The position numbers and the translations under genes were made by a program. From assembly GCA_938009235.1 (NCBI GenBank), contig CALLIK010000004.1:365725-429724 (forward strand): 64,000 nucleotides of DNA. The letters run 5' to 3'. The DNA is from an uncultured Caulobacterales bacterium. GTDB taxonomy: Bacteria; Pseudomonadota; Alphaproteobacteria; Caulobacterales; Maricaulaceae. This document shows, piece after piece, positions 1 to 10,800 of the stretch (the first letter of the stretch is position 1; each line of letters starts with the position of its first letter). The notes beneath the pieces were generated by a model that had not been told where the DNA came from, searched no databases, and saw only the letters and a program-made list of their open reading frames with translations.

Positions 1-266
1 ATCATCCAGATGTGCAAATGGCCGCGTGTATTGGTGTCAGGCATGAAAAATGGCAAGAGCGCCCAATGCTGATTGTCCAAGCTACACCGGGTACAACCCC
101 AGATCAGGCAGAAATTCGTAAATGTATCGAAGCGAAGTGCGCAAAGTGGTGGTTACCAGACGCCATTGTTTTCGTGGAATCTCTTCCGCTCGGTGCGACA
201 GGTAAAATCCTGAAACGTGAGCTAAAGAAGCAGTACAAAGACTTCGACCTTGAAGCTGCGAAGTAG
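1..266 (+). CDS. Acyl-CoA synthetase (AMP-binding enzyme), 3' end only; truncated by window start
   Basis: C-terminal adenylate-forming motif KWWLPDAIVFVESLPLGATGKILK; the frame is open back to the window edge. Confidence 0.85.
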   Translation, partial: HPDVQMAACIGVRHEKWQERPMLIVQATPGTTPDQAEIRKCIEAKCAKWWLPDAIVFVESLPLGATGKILKRELKKQYKDFDLEAAK

Positions 267-963
267 CCTCTACGTCAGTTCTATCGCGGTTTTAATATCC
301 TGCCAAACGATAGAGCCCAATAATGCCATGGAGCAAACGCACATGTTGCGTTTGCAATGCGTTGAATCCGTTCAGGCCGTAGAGAAAAACACTCGCTCAC
401 GCATAGCCGTTCTGGATATAGAGCACCCTATTTATGACTTCGCGCTTGCGGCGGGTCATGCTGTTCCAACTGAGCGTCCCTGTAAGGTCAAAGACTTTCG
501 GGGAAATAGTTCTGACGTAGATCTCATCCGCTTAGCTGATAATTATGCGCCTGGCGCACAAACAGATTGGGCTATCATTCGGTTTCCAAAAATTAAAACG
601 CAGAATTTGGTGCGTTATAGATTAGAACCACTGGCTGATAATGAAAACCTAAAGGGCGTTGAGGTGAAATTTGCTCAAGCCATAGGGCTTCCAAAAAATA
701 CACAAATCTGCCAACTAAACACGCTCGAATTCAGCACTAAGCATAAACGTGTGACACATAATTGCAGCGTCATAGCTGGGCAATCAGGCTCGCCAGTTAC
801 GCGCACAGTTGATGGAGAAGATCGGTTAGTCGGATTAAACCTAGGTCAACTTTGGATGTTCCAATCCCCCGAAACAGGCAGGCCTGACAGAAAGGGTTAT
901 ATCAATTTATTAGATGCAGATACTCTTTTAGAGATTGAAACCTATATAGATGAGGCGCGTTAG
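250..963 (+). CDS. Trypsin-like serine protease, probable lipoprotein
   Basis: AAGH (His), TDWAII (Asp) and HNCSVIAGQSGSPV (GxSG Ser) motifs; lipobox-like VLISC. Confidence 0.65.
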   Translation: MKLRSSLYVSSIAVLISCQTIEPNNAMEQTHMLRLQCVESVQAVEKNTRSRIAVLDIEHPIYDFALAAGHAVPTERPCKVKDFRGNSSDVDLIRLADNYAPGAQTDWAIIRFPKIKTQNLVRYRLEPLADNENLKGVEVKFAQAIGLPKNTQICQLNTLEFSTKHKRVTHNCSVIAGQSGSPVTRTVDGEDRLVGLNLGQLWMFQSPETGRPDRKGYINLLDADTLLEIETYIDEAR

Positions 964-2195
964 GTCTTCCCTTCACCGACACTGAAAAGTTTACCTTTTT
1001 CAGTGATGAGAATGACGATCAAGCTTGAGATACCGAGCAGCACATAGGCGATCAACAACGGACGAACCGTCCCGTCAAAGCTGCTGGCAACCATAAATCC
1101 AAGTGCACTGGAAAGAGTCATCGTGACAAAGCCGTAGACCGCGTTAGCAGTACCCGCAATATTTCCCATATATTCTAGAGCCAGACTAGAGAAATTGGCA
1201 CCCATCATACCGAAACATCCAAATGTCAGCATAAATAAAATATAAAATACCCAGAAGTTTTGACCCACAAATTGCATATAAAGAAGGTTCAAAATCGAGA
1301 GAAATATAAAGATCAAAACAACGACATGGCTGATCCTACGCATTCCGAAACGCTCGACGAAAAGGCTGTTAGAAAAGTTCATGACAGCCAACAGTCCCGC
1401 GATACCCGCAAAGTAAATGAAGAATGTGTCGCCACGGCCAAAGACCTCATCAAAGACCTGTTCGCTAGCTCCTATAAAGGCAAAGAGGCATCCAAATATC
1501 AAACCACTGGCCAACATATAACCTGCAGTAATTCTATGGCTTAGGACTTGTTTAAATCCGTCAAATATCTGCTCAATCGAAAACGGGCGACGATCCTGGT
1601 CTTCTAATGTTTTTGGAAGTCTGATTTGTGTCCACATGAAAAGAGCTGCTGAGAAAATACCTAATGTGCCAAATATCCAACGCCAGTCAGCAATGGCCAT
1701 AATCCCCGTTCCAATCGCAGGCGCTATAATCGGTACGATCATAAAGACTGTATATACGAGCGACAAAATACTCGCCATCGAACGGCCCTTAGACAGGTCA
1801 CGAATAATCGCGCCCGCTGAAACGCGTGTTCCTGCACAGCAGACACCTTGTAGCAAACGAAGCGCAAGTAGGCTGCCAAAACTCGGGGCTATCATGCAGG
1901 CAAAGCCCGTAATGAAGTACCCCACAAGGCTGAGTTGGAGTAATATTTTGCGACCAAAGCGATCTGAAAGCGGACCAAATAAGAGTTGAGGGAAGCCAAA
2001 GCCCAAGATGAAGGCAAAGATGATCTTTTGCTGATCATTCTCTTTTTCGATGACATAGTGGTCGCCAATAATTTCGAGGGCGGGCAACATGACATCAATG
2101 GCAAGCGCCTGAAGGCCAAAAATGGCCGCCATCATGGCAATGAATTCCCACCTAGAGATTGGCATGTTCGGAATGTTGGTTTTAGGTGGAGTCAT
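960..2195 (-). CDS. Bcr/CflA-family MFS efflux transporter
   Basis: About 12 hydrophobic segments, AIDVMLPAL, GPLSDRFGRK (MFS motif A), PIIAPAIG; start uncertain (2204/2195/2165). Confidence 0.85.
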   Translation of the reverse strand: MTPPKTNIPNMPISRWEFIAMMAAIFGLQALAIDVMLPALEIIGDHYVIEKENDQQKIIFAFILGFGFPQLLFGPLSDRFGRKILLQLSLVGYFITGFACMIAPSFGSLLALRLLQGVCCAGTRVSAGAIIRDLSKGRSMASILSLVYTVFMIVPIIAPAIGTGIMAIADWRWIFGTLGIFSAALFMWTQIRLPKTLEDQDRRPFSIEQIFDGFKQVLSHRITAGYMLASGLIFGCLFAFIGASEQVFDEVFGRGDTFFIYFAGIAGLLAVMNFSNSLFVERFGMRRISHVVVLIFIFLSILNLLYMQFVGQNFWVFYILFMLTFGCFGMMGANFSSLALEYMGNIAGTANAVYGFVTMTLSSALGFMVASSFDGTVRPLLIAYVLLGISSLIVILITEKGKLFSVGEGKT

Positions 2196-2291
2196 CGGGC
2201 TCACGCGAGTTTCTATTTTCGCGCTATGCGCCTGCCTTTACAAACAGGCAAGCTAAGAAAAGTCATATGACAGAGTGACGCAATCGAAGCA

Positions 2292-2954
2292 TTAGTCCCA
2301 AATTTTGGCAATTTGCTCAAAGGTCTTTTTTTCTAACGCATGCTTTGGAACTGTGGCTGTCTCGGCAGGGTGTCCGACAACCAAAAGAACCAAAGGCTTT
2401 TCCGTTGAAGGGCGCTCGCAAATGTCGCGAAGGAAATTCATGGGCGCAGGCGTGTGTGTTAATGTGGCTAGTCCTGCGGAATGTAATGTCGTGATCAACA
2501 TGCCCATCGCAATCCCGACGCTTTCCGTGACGTAGTAATGTTTTTCTCCCTCAGGGCCTTTTTTCTGCGCGAAGATAGCAATCAACCAAGGCGCCGTTTC
2601 GAGGAAGGGTTTTGAGGCATCGGTCCCCAATGGCGTCAACGCGTCTAACCATTCGTCCGAGGCGCGACCCCCGTAAAAGGCACGTTCTTCTTCTTCGGCA
2701 GCTATACGTATGCGGCGTTTCATATCAGGATTAGAGATAGCTGCGAAGTGCCAAGGTTGTTGATTGGCCCCATTGGGCGCAGTCGCAGCGGCTTTGATCG
2801 CCATTTCAATAACGTCTTTTGGAACGGCTTTGTCAGAAAAATCCCGTATTGTGCGCCGCGTTAGAAGCATCTCAAGCGTGGCTTTTGACTTCTCGCTCAT
2901 CTCTGCGTCAGAGACAGGTGCATAACCCGTTAGAGGGATGTGGTCATCGCTCAC
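2292..2954 (-). CDS. Nitroreductase-superfamily flavoprotein, iodotyrosine deiodinase-like
   Basis: [26 protein letters not shown]...[22 protein letters not shown] start overlaps the tdh stop (GTGA). Confidence 0.75.
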   Translation of the reverse strand: MSDDHIPLTGYAPVSDAEMSEKSKATLEMLLTRRTIRDFSDKAVPKDVIEMAIKAAATAPNGANQQPWHFAAISNPDMKRRIRIAAEEEERAFYGGRASDEWLDALTPLGTDASKPFLETAPWLIAIFAQKKGPEGEKHYYVTESVGIAMGMLITTLHSAGLATLTHTPAPMNFLRDICERPSTEKPLVLLVVGHPAETATVPKHALEKKTFEQIAKIWD

Positions 2955-3997
2955 AATTCCGTCCAATCTAAAATGACCTTACCGGCTTTACGCGTTTCCA
3001 TTAGATCAAAGGCTTTCTGCCAATCGCGTGCGGGGAAACGATGTGTGACCATTTCTGTCATGTCTAATCCGCTGTCTAGCAAAGCAAGCATTTTGTACCA
3101 TGTTTCGTACATCTGCCTACCATAAATGCCTTTAACTGTCAGTGCTTTACCGACAATTTTGGAGAGGTCGACGGGATAGGGCACTGCGGGAATACCTAAC
3201 ATAGCGATATTGCCGCCCATGAGCATGGTATCGAGCATTTGCTCAAAGGCAGGCTTCGCGCCGCTCATTTCCATGCCCACGTCAAACCCTTCGGTCATAC
3301 CAATTTCATCCATAACGACGCGGAGGTCTTCATTCATGGTATTGACGACACGTGTGCGGGACGTCAGTTTCTTCGCGAAGTTTAGACGCCAGTCTTCAAT
3401 GTCCGTCAAAACAATACGCCTCGCGCCTGCACGTTCGGCAACCGCAGCAGCCATAATACCGATAGGGCCTGCGCCCGTAATCAGAACATCCTCACCAACC
3501 AAATCAAAGGCAAGCGCCGTATGAACTGCGTTACCTAGCGGGTCCATAATTGCCGCAATATCTAGGGGGATATTGTCTGGCAGAGGGATCACGTTGAATT
3601 CGGGCAGCGCCAAATATTCAGCAAAAGCGCCCGGCAGATTGACGCCAATGCCTTTTGTGTCTGGGTCCAGATGAAATTTGCCTGCTCTTGCATTCCGAGA
3701 GCGGCGTCCCACGACATGCCCCTCACCCGTAACGCGATCACCCACGCTCACGCGTTTCACAGTTGACCCAATAGCTGCAACGGTACCGCCATATTCGTGA
3801 CCCACGACCATAGGGACAGGCACATTATTTTGCGCCCATTCATCCCACCCATAGATATGCATATCTGTGCCGCAAATCGCCGTTCGCTCAATACGGATTA
3901 GGACTTCGTCTGGTGCAATCTCTGGAACAGGGACGTCCTGCATCCATAAGCCTTTTTCAGATTTGGCTTTAACGAGGGCTTTCATCATTTTTGTCAT
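2951..3997 (-). CDS. tdh: L-threonine 3-dehydrogenase
   Basis: [18 protein letters not shown] and GAGPIG motifs; adjacent to kbl. Confidence 0.95.
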   Translation of the reverse strand: MTKMMKALVKAKSEKGLWMQDVPVPEIAPDEVLIRIERTAICGTDMHIYGWDEWAQNNVPVPMVVGHEYGGTVAAIGSTVKRVSVGDRVTGEGHVVGRRSRNARAGKFHLDPDTKGIGVNLPGAFAEYLALPEFNVIPLPDNIPLDIAAIMDPLGNAVHTALAFDLVGEDVLITGAGPIGIMAAAVAERAGARRIVLTDIEDWRLNFAKKLTSRTRVVNTMNEDLRVVMDEIGMTEGFDVGMEMSGAKPAFEQMLDTMLMGGNIAMLGIPAVPYPVDLSKIVGKALTVKGIYGRQMYETWYKMLALLDSGLDMTEMVTHRFPARDWQKAFDLMETRKAGKVILDWTEL

Positions 3998-5187
3998 GTG
4001 ATCACACCTAACTCACGGCCGACCTTTGTAAACGCAGCAATCGCCGTTTCAATATGTTCGGGCGTGTGCGCCGCGCTCATCTGCGTTCGAATGCGCGCTT
4101 GTCCTTTTGGAACAACAGGGAAGAAAAAGCCGATTACATAGACACCTTCATCCATAAGCTTCGTCGCCATATTTTGCGCGAGGTTCGCATGACCGAGCAT
4201 AACTGGAATAATTGAATGTTCCCCCGGTTTTAACGTAAAGCCTGCGGCTTCCATACCCGCTCTAAACTGTTTGGCATTCGCATTGATCCGCTCACGTAAA
4301 TGATGCCCCTCTTTCGCGAGTTCTATCGCTTTGAGGCTTGCGCCTACAATTGGTGGGGCCAAGCTATTTGAGAACAGGTAGGGGCGTGAGCGTTGACGCA
4401 GTAAATCGACAACAGATTTACGCGCACAGGTGAAACCACCCATCGCGCCACCTAGGGCTTTGCCCAAAGTTCCCGTCAAAATGTCGACACGGCCTTCAAC
4501 GCCGCAATGTTCTGGCGAACCGCGACCGCCTGCCCCGACAAACCCCGTTGCGTGGCAATCATCCACCATCAGCAGGGCGTCATATTTATCCTTAAGGTCG
4601 CAAATTCCAGCCAGATTAGCGATGGTGCCATCCATAGAAAACACACCATCCGTCGCGATCATAATACGTCGCGCGCCTGCGGCCTTTGCCTCTTTCAACT
4701 TCTCTTCGAGATCAGCCATGTCATTATTGACGTAACGAAAGCGTTTGGCCTTACACAGACGAATGCCGTCAATGATCGACGCATGGTTCAGAGCGTCAGA
4801 GATGATCGCATCTTCAGGGCCCAAGAGCGGTTCAAACACACCGCCATTGGCATCAAAACACGCCGCATATAGAATGCTATCTTCAAAGCCGAGCCAGTCA
4901 GCCAAAGCCATTTCAAGCTCGCGATGTTGACCTTGCGTACCGCAGATAAAACGGACCGAGGCCATGCCAAAACCATAAGTATCCAAAGCTTGCTTTGCAG
5001 CCGACACAAGCGCGGGACTATCGGCGAGGCCAAGGTAGTTATTGGCACAGAAGTTCAGAACGCTTTTACCGTCCACCTGAATCGTGGCGTCTTGCTCGCC
5101 CGAGATAAGGCGTTCGGTTTTATAAAGACCCTCGCGCTTTATATCTTCGAGTGTCTGGGCAATGTCGTCGTAAAATACGCTGGACAT
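3994..5187 (-). CDS. kbl: Glycine C-acetyltransferase (2-amino-3-ketobutyrate CoA ligase)
   Basis: [45 protein letters not shown]. Confidence 0.95.
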   Translation of the reverse strand: MSSVFYDDIAQTLEDIKREGLYKTERLISGEQDATIQVDGKSVLNFCANNYLGLADSPALVSAAKQALDTYGFGMASVRFICGTQGQHRELEMALADWLGFEDSILYAACFDANGGVFEPLLGPEDAIISDALNHASIIDGIRLCKAKRFRYVNNDMADLEEKLKEAKAAGARRIMIATDGVFSMDGTIANLAGICDLKDKYDALLMVDDCHATGFVGAGGRGSPEHCGVEGRVDILTGTLGKALGGAMGGFTCARKSVVDLLRQRSRPYLFSNSLAPPIVGASLKAIELAKEGHHLRERINANAKQFRAGMEAAGFTLKPGEHSIIPVMLGHANLAQNMATKLMDEGVYVIGFFFPVVPKGQARIRTQMSAAHTPEHIETAIAAFTKVGRELGVIT

Positions 5188-5306
5188 AATGTTCTCCGTG
5201 CTTTTTTTCCGTCATGCCTCTAAGTTGCTGTAACGTCACGCACTATAAAATCGACTTTGCGCATTTTTAATCTGAAGGGCGTATTATGACCGACATAATT
5301 TGCCCC

Positions 5307-5888
5307 ATGTCTGACCTTCTCACAGATATACGTGGATGTACGGCCTGCGCTAGTAGTGTTCCGCCTTTGCCTGTGACACCGAACCCAATCATCCAAGCTA
5401 CAGCCCAATCTAAAATCAGGATCATCGGCCAAGCCCCAGGTGCGCTCGCCCATGCAAGCTCCCTACCCTTTACTGACCCGTCAGGTGTGAGGCTGCGAGA
5501 GTGGTTGGGCGTTGATGAGGCCACCTTTTACACGCCAGACAATTTTGCGATTACCCCAATGGGTTTTTGTTTCCCTGGTCAAGACAACCAAGGCGGAGAC
5601 TTACCGCCACGCAAAGAATGTGCGGTCCTGTGGCAAGACAAGCTCGATGCGGCCCTTCCGAATGTCGAGTTAACCCTCGTCGTCGGGATGTATGCGGTAA
5701 AATGGCATTTGGACGATCACGGTTATCGAAACCTGACCGAGACAGTCAAACATTGGAAAGTCTTCGGCCCCACGTTAATGCCTTTGCCACATCCAAGTTG
5801 GCGCAATAATGGTTGGATCAAACGTCACGACTGGTTCGCCGAAGAACTCGCGACTTTAAAATCCCGGGTGGCTGACATCTTGGCTTGA
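5307..5888 (+). CDS. Uracil-DNA glycosylase superfamily protein
   Basis: IIGQAPG, PFTDPSG, PMGFCFPG, PLPHPSWRN. Confidence 0.88.
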   Translation: MSDLLTDIRGCTACASSVPPLPVTPNPIIQATAQSKIRIIGQAPGALAHASSLPFTDPSGVRLREWLGVDEATFYTPDNFAITPMGFCFPGQDNQGGDLPPRKECAVLWQDKLDAALPNVELTLVVGMYAVKWHLDDHGYRNLTETVKHWKVFGPTLMPLPHPSWRNNGWIKRHDWFAEELATLKSRVADILA

Positions 5889-7868
5889 GACGACACGGAA
5901 CCGACCTTTGGTTTTTTGTCCCTTCTTATCAATCGCCGTTAATTCATAAAACCCAGGCGCAGAGGGCTTGAACCTAAACCCGTCACGCGTTTTGTGAATG
6001 GGATCAGAGCCCACATAGAGCCGCACGTCACTTGCTTCGGTTTGAACAACAAGATCAATGCCTTCGGACGCTGCACCAAATACGGATACCGCAATCTCAA
6101 TGTCGTCCATTGGGAATAAGATAACGGGCGCAAATTCTTCGGCGGACTTTAATCGGTCCTGTGTCTGTTGCGGACGATTTACGCGGACGACTTGATCTCC
6201 AACCGCGAGACCATCTGCAATTTTAAACAAGAGCGGCGCAGCTGCAGCGCGGCCCGTAACCCCAGGCCTTGGCCCTCCATCGGGTCGTCCAATCCAGACA
6301 ATAATTACGTAGTCACCAGATACAGCAGCAGCCCAGCTATCTCTAAAACCATATGATGTGCCCGTCTTGTAAGCCACGTCAGGCACATCACGCCCCAAAT
6401 GCATTGGCATCACACCTGCGGGTCTGGGCGCGTCGGCCATAACGCGACGGAGCGCCTTGGCTGTGTCAGCTTGTAAAAGTTCAAACGTGGGTTGCGGCAT
6501 CTCATCGGCTAAGGTCCATTTCAATGGCCCCGCCAGTCCATCATTCGCGATGGCAGTATAGAGCATTGCAAGGTCAGTTGCGCGGAGGCCCGTTCCGCCC
6601 AAAGCCAATGCGAGACCTGCATCTGAGCCATTTTCATTCGGACCGGATTGCGAAGGCGAAGCGCCCGAAGCTCGCAGTGCAGCATCAAGGCGGCGACCTC
6701 CAACATGATCAAGAACACCAACGGCGGGTATGTTCAAACTATGTTGCAGGGCTTGGGCTACTGTAACGTCCCCATAGTAACGTCTGTCAAAATTCTCAGG
6801 GCGATAACTGCCAAATCGACTCGGCGCATCGCGAAGCCGCGTGTCGGGTCCGATAATGCCGTCATCCATACCCAAGCCATAAACAAAGGGTTTTAGTGTT
6901 GATCCCGGTGATCTCACCGCAGCCGTCATATCCAACCATCCGCCATCATGATCGCGCCGACCAATGGCGGCATGGGCGCGAACTTCGCGGGTCTTAGCGT
7001 GAACAACGATTGCCGATGCGTTGACGGGGTGCGGGAGTTTCTCAACTGTGGCGGCCAACTGGTTTTCGATATTCGTTTGAAGATGTGGATCTAATGCGCT
7101 GCGCGTGACTGAGCCCGTCGCCGCCAATTTGCGGGCCGTCAACCAAGCGCGCTGTGGTAGTTTTTCCTTTTTCGAAGGAATAGATACGGTATCAGCATTT
7201 ATATACTCATTAGCCGTGATCAGTTCCGCTGACGCCAAACGTTTCAAAATGCGCCTTCGCCCTATTTTTGCGGCCTGTGCATTTCGGTCTGGCCGTCTGG
7301 CTTCAGGCGCTTGAGGCAAAGCAATCAAGAGAGCGATTTCATCTGGAGCGAGAAACCGTGGTGACTTGCCAAAGTAAATACGGCTCGCGGCATCAATACC
7401 TTCAATATTTCCGCCGTAACTTACGCGGGTCAAATATTGTTCGAGTATCTCTTGCTTAGTATAATGAAGTTCAAACCGTAGTGCCTCAAAGCTTTCGATA
7501 GCTTTCGATTTGAACGTTCGCGGACGCGGTTTGTATTGACGGACAAGCTGCATAGTCAGTGTTGATGCGCCAGATGAAGCTACACCGCTTTGCTTCCACG
7601 TCTTTAACGCGCGCAAAATGGCGGCGCCGTCCACACCCGAATGCGAATAAAACCGCTTGTCCTCAATCTCAATCAAAGCCTCGACAAAGGCAGGATCAAC
7701 AACATCCAAATCGGTCTTGATGCGCCAACGACCATTTTCGACAGTTCGCACATTTAGCCACGTTCCGTTGCGATCCGCCAACACGGGTGATGTCGTGTTG
7801 AGGTCAGCGTTTGAAACAGGCGCTTGCGCGAACCACAGGCCCATCGCAGCCGTAGCTGCAAGCGTCAT
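5856..7868 (-). CDS. pbpC: Penicillin-binding protein 1C
   Basis: EDKRFYSH and GASTLTMQL transglycosylase motifs; SPGSTLK, SLN and KTGTS transpeptidase motifs; directly downstream of alpha-2-macroglobulin. Confidence 0.92.
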   Translation of the reverse strand: MTLAATAAMGLWFAQAPVSNADLNTTSPVLADRNGTWLNVRTVENGRWRIKTDLDVVDPAFVEALIEIEDKRFYSHSGVDGAAILRALKTWKQSGVASSGASTLTMQLVRQYKPRPRTFKSKAIESFEALRFELHYTKQEILEQYLTRVSYGGNIEGIDAASRIYFGKSPRFLAPDEIALLIALPQAPEARRPDRNAQAAKIGRRRILKRLASAELITANEYINADTVSIPSKKEKLPQRAWLTARKLAATGSVTRSALDPHLQTNIENQLAATVEKLPHPVNASAIVVHAKTREVRAHAAIGRRDHDGGWLDMTAAVRSPGSTLKPFVYGLGMDDGIIGPDTRLRDAPSRFGSYRPENFDRRYYGDVTVAQALQHSLNIPAVGVLDHVGGRRLDAALRASGASPSQSGPNENGSDAGLALALGGTGLRATDLAMLYTAIANDGLAGPLKWTLADEMPQPTFELLQADTAKALRRVMADAPRPAGVMPMHLGRDVPDVAYKTGTSYGFRDSWAAAVSGDYVIIVWIGRPDGGPRPGVTGRAAAAPLLFKIADGLAVGDQVVRVNRPQQTQDRLKSAEEFAPVILFPMDDIEIAVSVFGAASEGIDLVVQTEASDVRLYVGSDPIHKTRDGFRFKPSAPGFYELTAIDKKGQKTKGRFRVVSSQDVSHPGF

Positions 7869-7890
7869 ATAACCGAGGCGGCGTCGCAGC

Positions 7891-10800
7891 TTAAAAATCT
7901 CCGCTTGGGGAAATTTCTAATTGCCCATACTCAGATGTGCCGACACGTGCAGGACGATACATGTCCTCGACAACGGCCCCAGGGAAGGTAAATGTACCTG
8001 CAGTCACCGCGCGGACAACATAGGCCGCCTTAAAGACATTACCCTTTCGGTCGTAACGAGATCGTCGACCCGAGGCGATAAATCTGTCATCTCGAGCTTC
8101 TTGCATATCGAATTTGGACAGCTCGCCGAGGAAACCATACGCCCCTTCACTTCCTGTATCTGCTGGGGTTAGAACAGTTTCAATTTCCAATCCTGCCGGC
8201 AATAAATCCGCGAGTACAACCATTCGATTAGATCTGTAGGTTGATTTAGCTGTGACGAGAATAATAGCACGATCACCGCGTTTGATCTCTGTGGAAATGG
8301 CTTTACCTTTCATGGTGTAGAGATGTTTTTCTACGGTAAAGCCACTGGATATGGCTTCAGGTGCCTGGGTCGGCGTGGAGGTTACGTCGATTGTGATATA
8401 GGCACGCGCGTCGCCCGTGTTTTCTATTGAAGGCTTACTCGCAATGTCGGTTCCGAGTAAATTCGCGGCGCCTTTTTCAAGAGACAGGTTTTTGGTCTTT
8501 ACGCTAACGTCGCCTTCACCAGAGCTAAGTTGCGCCATAGCTCTAATGATATAACTTTTTTCCTGAGTGTTGGTCCTGGATGGCTCAAGTTCTGCCAAAC
8601 CTAAAAGAATTTTCTCAGACACTTCGGCATCTAAGTTATTGCCGCCAATCGCTAAGAGAGCCGCGGCATTGCGCTCTGGCGAACTATAGTAGTTATAATG
8701 CTCTGTTTTAACGTCCAAACTGTCAGCGGCCCGTTTGAAGACAGCTTTTGCTGAGGCTTCGTCTCCTATTTTAGCCAACGCCGCGCCTAGATAAGCCAGA
8801 GAAATTGGGTCAGATATCCGATCCCCAAATGTTTTGTTGAGATAGCGAATACCAGAGGTATCTGCCTCACCCGCTAATGCGACGACATAATGCGCGTAAG
8901 CCGCCCGATTTGCACGCGCAACTTCGGCTTTTTTTTGCGAGTCAGAGTTAGGGAAATATAGATTCAGAGAAGAATGATTTTCCATACGAGAGAGTATTTT
9001 TGCCGCATTTATGGCTGACAACATGCTCTGTTCGTTGACGTCATATCCATTGCGGTCTGCCTCTATGAAGAACTCAGTGACATAAAGTTGGAGCCAAGGT
9101 CTTAAAGCTCTATCGCCCTGACGCCAGAGACCAAACTCTCCGGTCATATCCTGACGTGAGGATAGTTTCGCAATCGCGTCCTGAATACGGGTGCTCAGAA
9201 CTTTGTCCGATGTACCCTTAAACCCTCCGAGTGATTTCACGAACACAAGCGGCATTGCCTTACTGACGGTTTGCTCCGTACATCCATAAGGGTAACGGTT
9301 CAGTGACGCGAGATATGGCGCAACAGAAAGCCCAGGAAGGCGTGCCACGCTCAGGTCAATATCCGCGCCTGTAACACTGTAGCCGTCCATAAGGTCAGCC
9401 TTCAACGTATAGCTTTCGCCAGGTTCGATAGCTTTAATCGTGCGGTTCGTGATGGGCCTATAAGGGGACCGGACTTCAATTGGGTAGTCAGACTGAACCT
9501 TATAATCTTTGGGTCCAGTGATTGACGTTTTCAAATTATAAATCCCGACATCATCGGCATTCAAGGTGACACCCGTTTGGTCCCGCGTTCCTGGCGGAAG
9601 GTCAAACACAGACTCGATTGTTTTCAGCAACCCAACACCTTCAATAGATGTTCGGTAAACACCAGACGCTCCATCTATATTATCAAGCGCGAAGGTTGAT
9701 ACGGCTTGATCTCCAGGCGCGAGGAAACGCGGCAAGCCTAAATTAGCAGGAACAGCGTCCCTCACCTTTAAGGATGTCGACGCACTGCCGATTGACGACT
9801 TTGTCCAAGCCGTCGCCATAAGGCGCAGCTCTCCATTAAAGTCAGGTAGATCAAGCGTGATCACAGCTCGTCCATTTTTCACATCAACAGAGCCTTCAAA
9901 TAATGCGACAGTTTTGGTTGGAACAACAGAGAGTCCTGCGCCGCCAATCCCGTCACCGCCGCTTCGGGTTTTTCCATCGGCTAAGAACGGATTCAGGATG
10001 CGGCTGTAATCATCACGAATATCGAGCGCGAAAGCCTTCTTAGAAAAGAACGCATCAGAGGCATCGGGGGATTTAAAATTGGTCAGAGCTAAGATGCCCT
10101 CATCTACTGCGGCCAAACTCACCCACGCTTTTTCTCTCGCGCCGACGCCCGACAATTCGATTGGGACCTCCACTTGAGTTCGCGGTGACACGCGATCGGG
10201 TGTGTCGATTTTCAAATCAAGTGTTTGAGAAGAACGATCTAAAGCAATGTGAGTAAGACCAACGGCGCGTTTCACGCCTTTGCGTTTTTCAACATCAAGC
10301 GGCGTATAGAGAGTTACCATCGCATAGACGTCATGGCCCCAAGATGGATCATAAGGAATACGAACGGAGGACGCGCCTTCTGGGACATCAACGGTGCGAA
10401 TGGAGCGAACCGTATGGTCGGCAATCACAATATCTCCTCGGCCCGCATAAGGTGCACTCAAGTTTAAAGTCACAGCGCCGCCCGGTTTTGTTGGCAAGTC
10501 TGTTGCGCCAACTAAGATACGGTCTGGCGCATCACTGTCGCTATCACCCCAATTCGACCACCCCACACCAAAGCGATAAGAAGCGGTTTCACCAGTACTT
10601 GTTTTCACGTCCAAACGGTATCGACCCCAATTCAATGATCTTGACCAAACACTTAATGCTTCGGAGCCAATTGCCATTTCACCGCGATCAACAACTGTAT
10701 CTGTTGACTGGGTTCGGTACTGCCAACGATTGCGGGCGCGATACCAATTATAATCACGTCGTTCTTCATTTAGCGTCCAAGTGACCTGAGTAGAGATACG

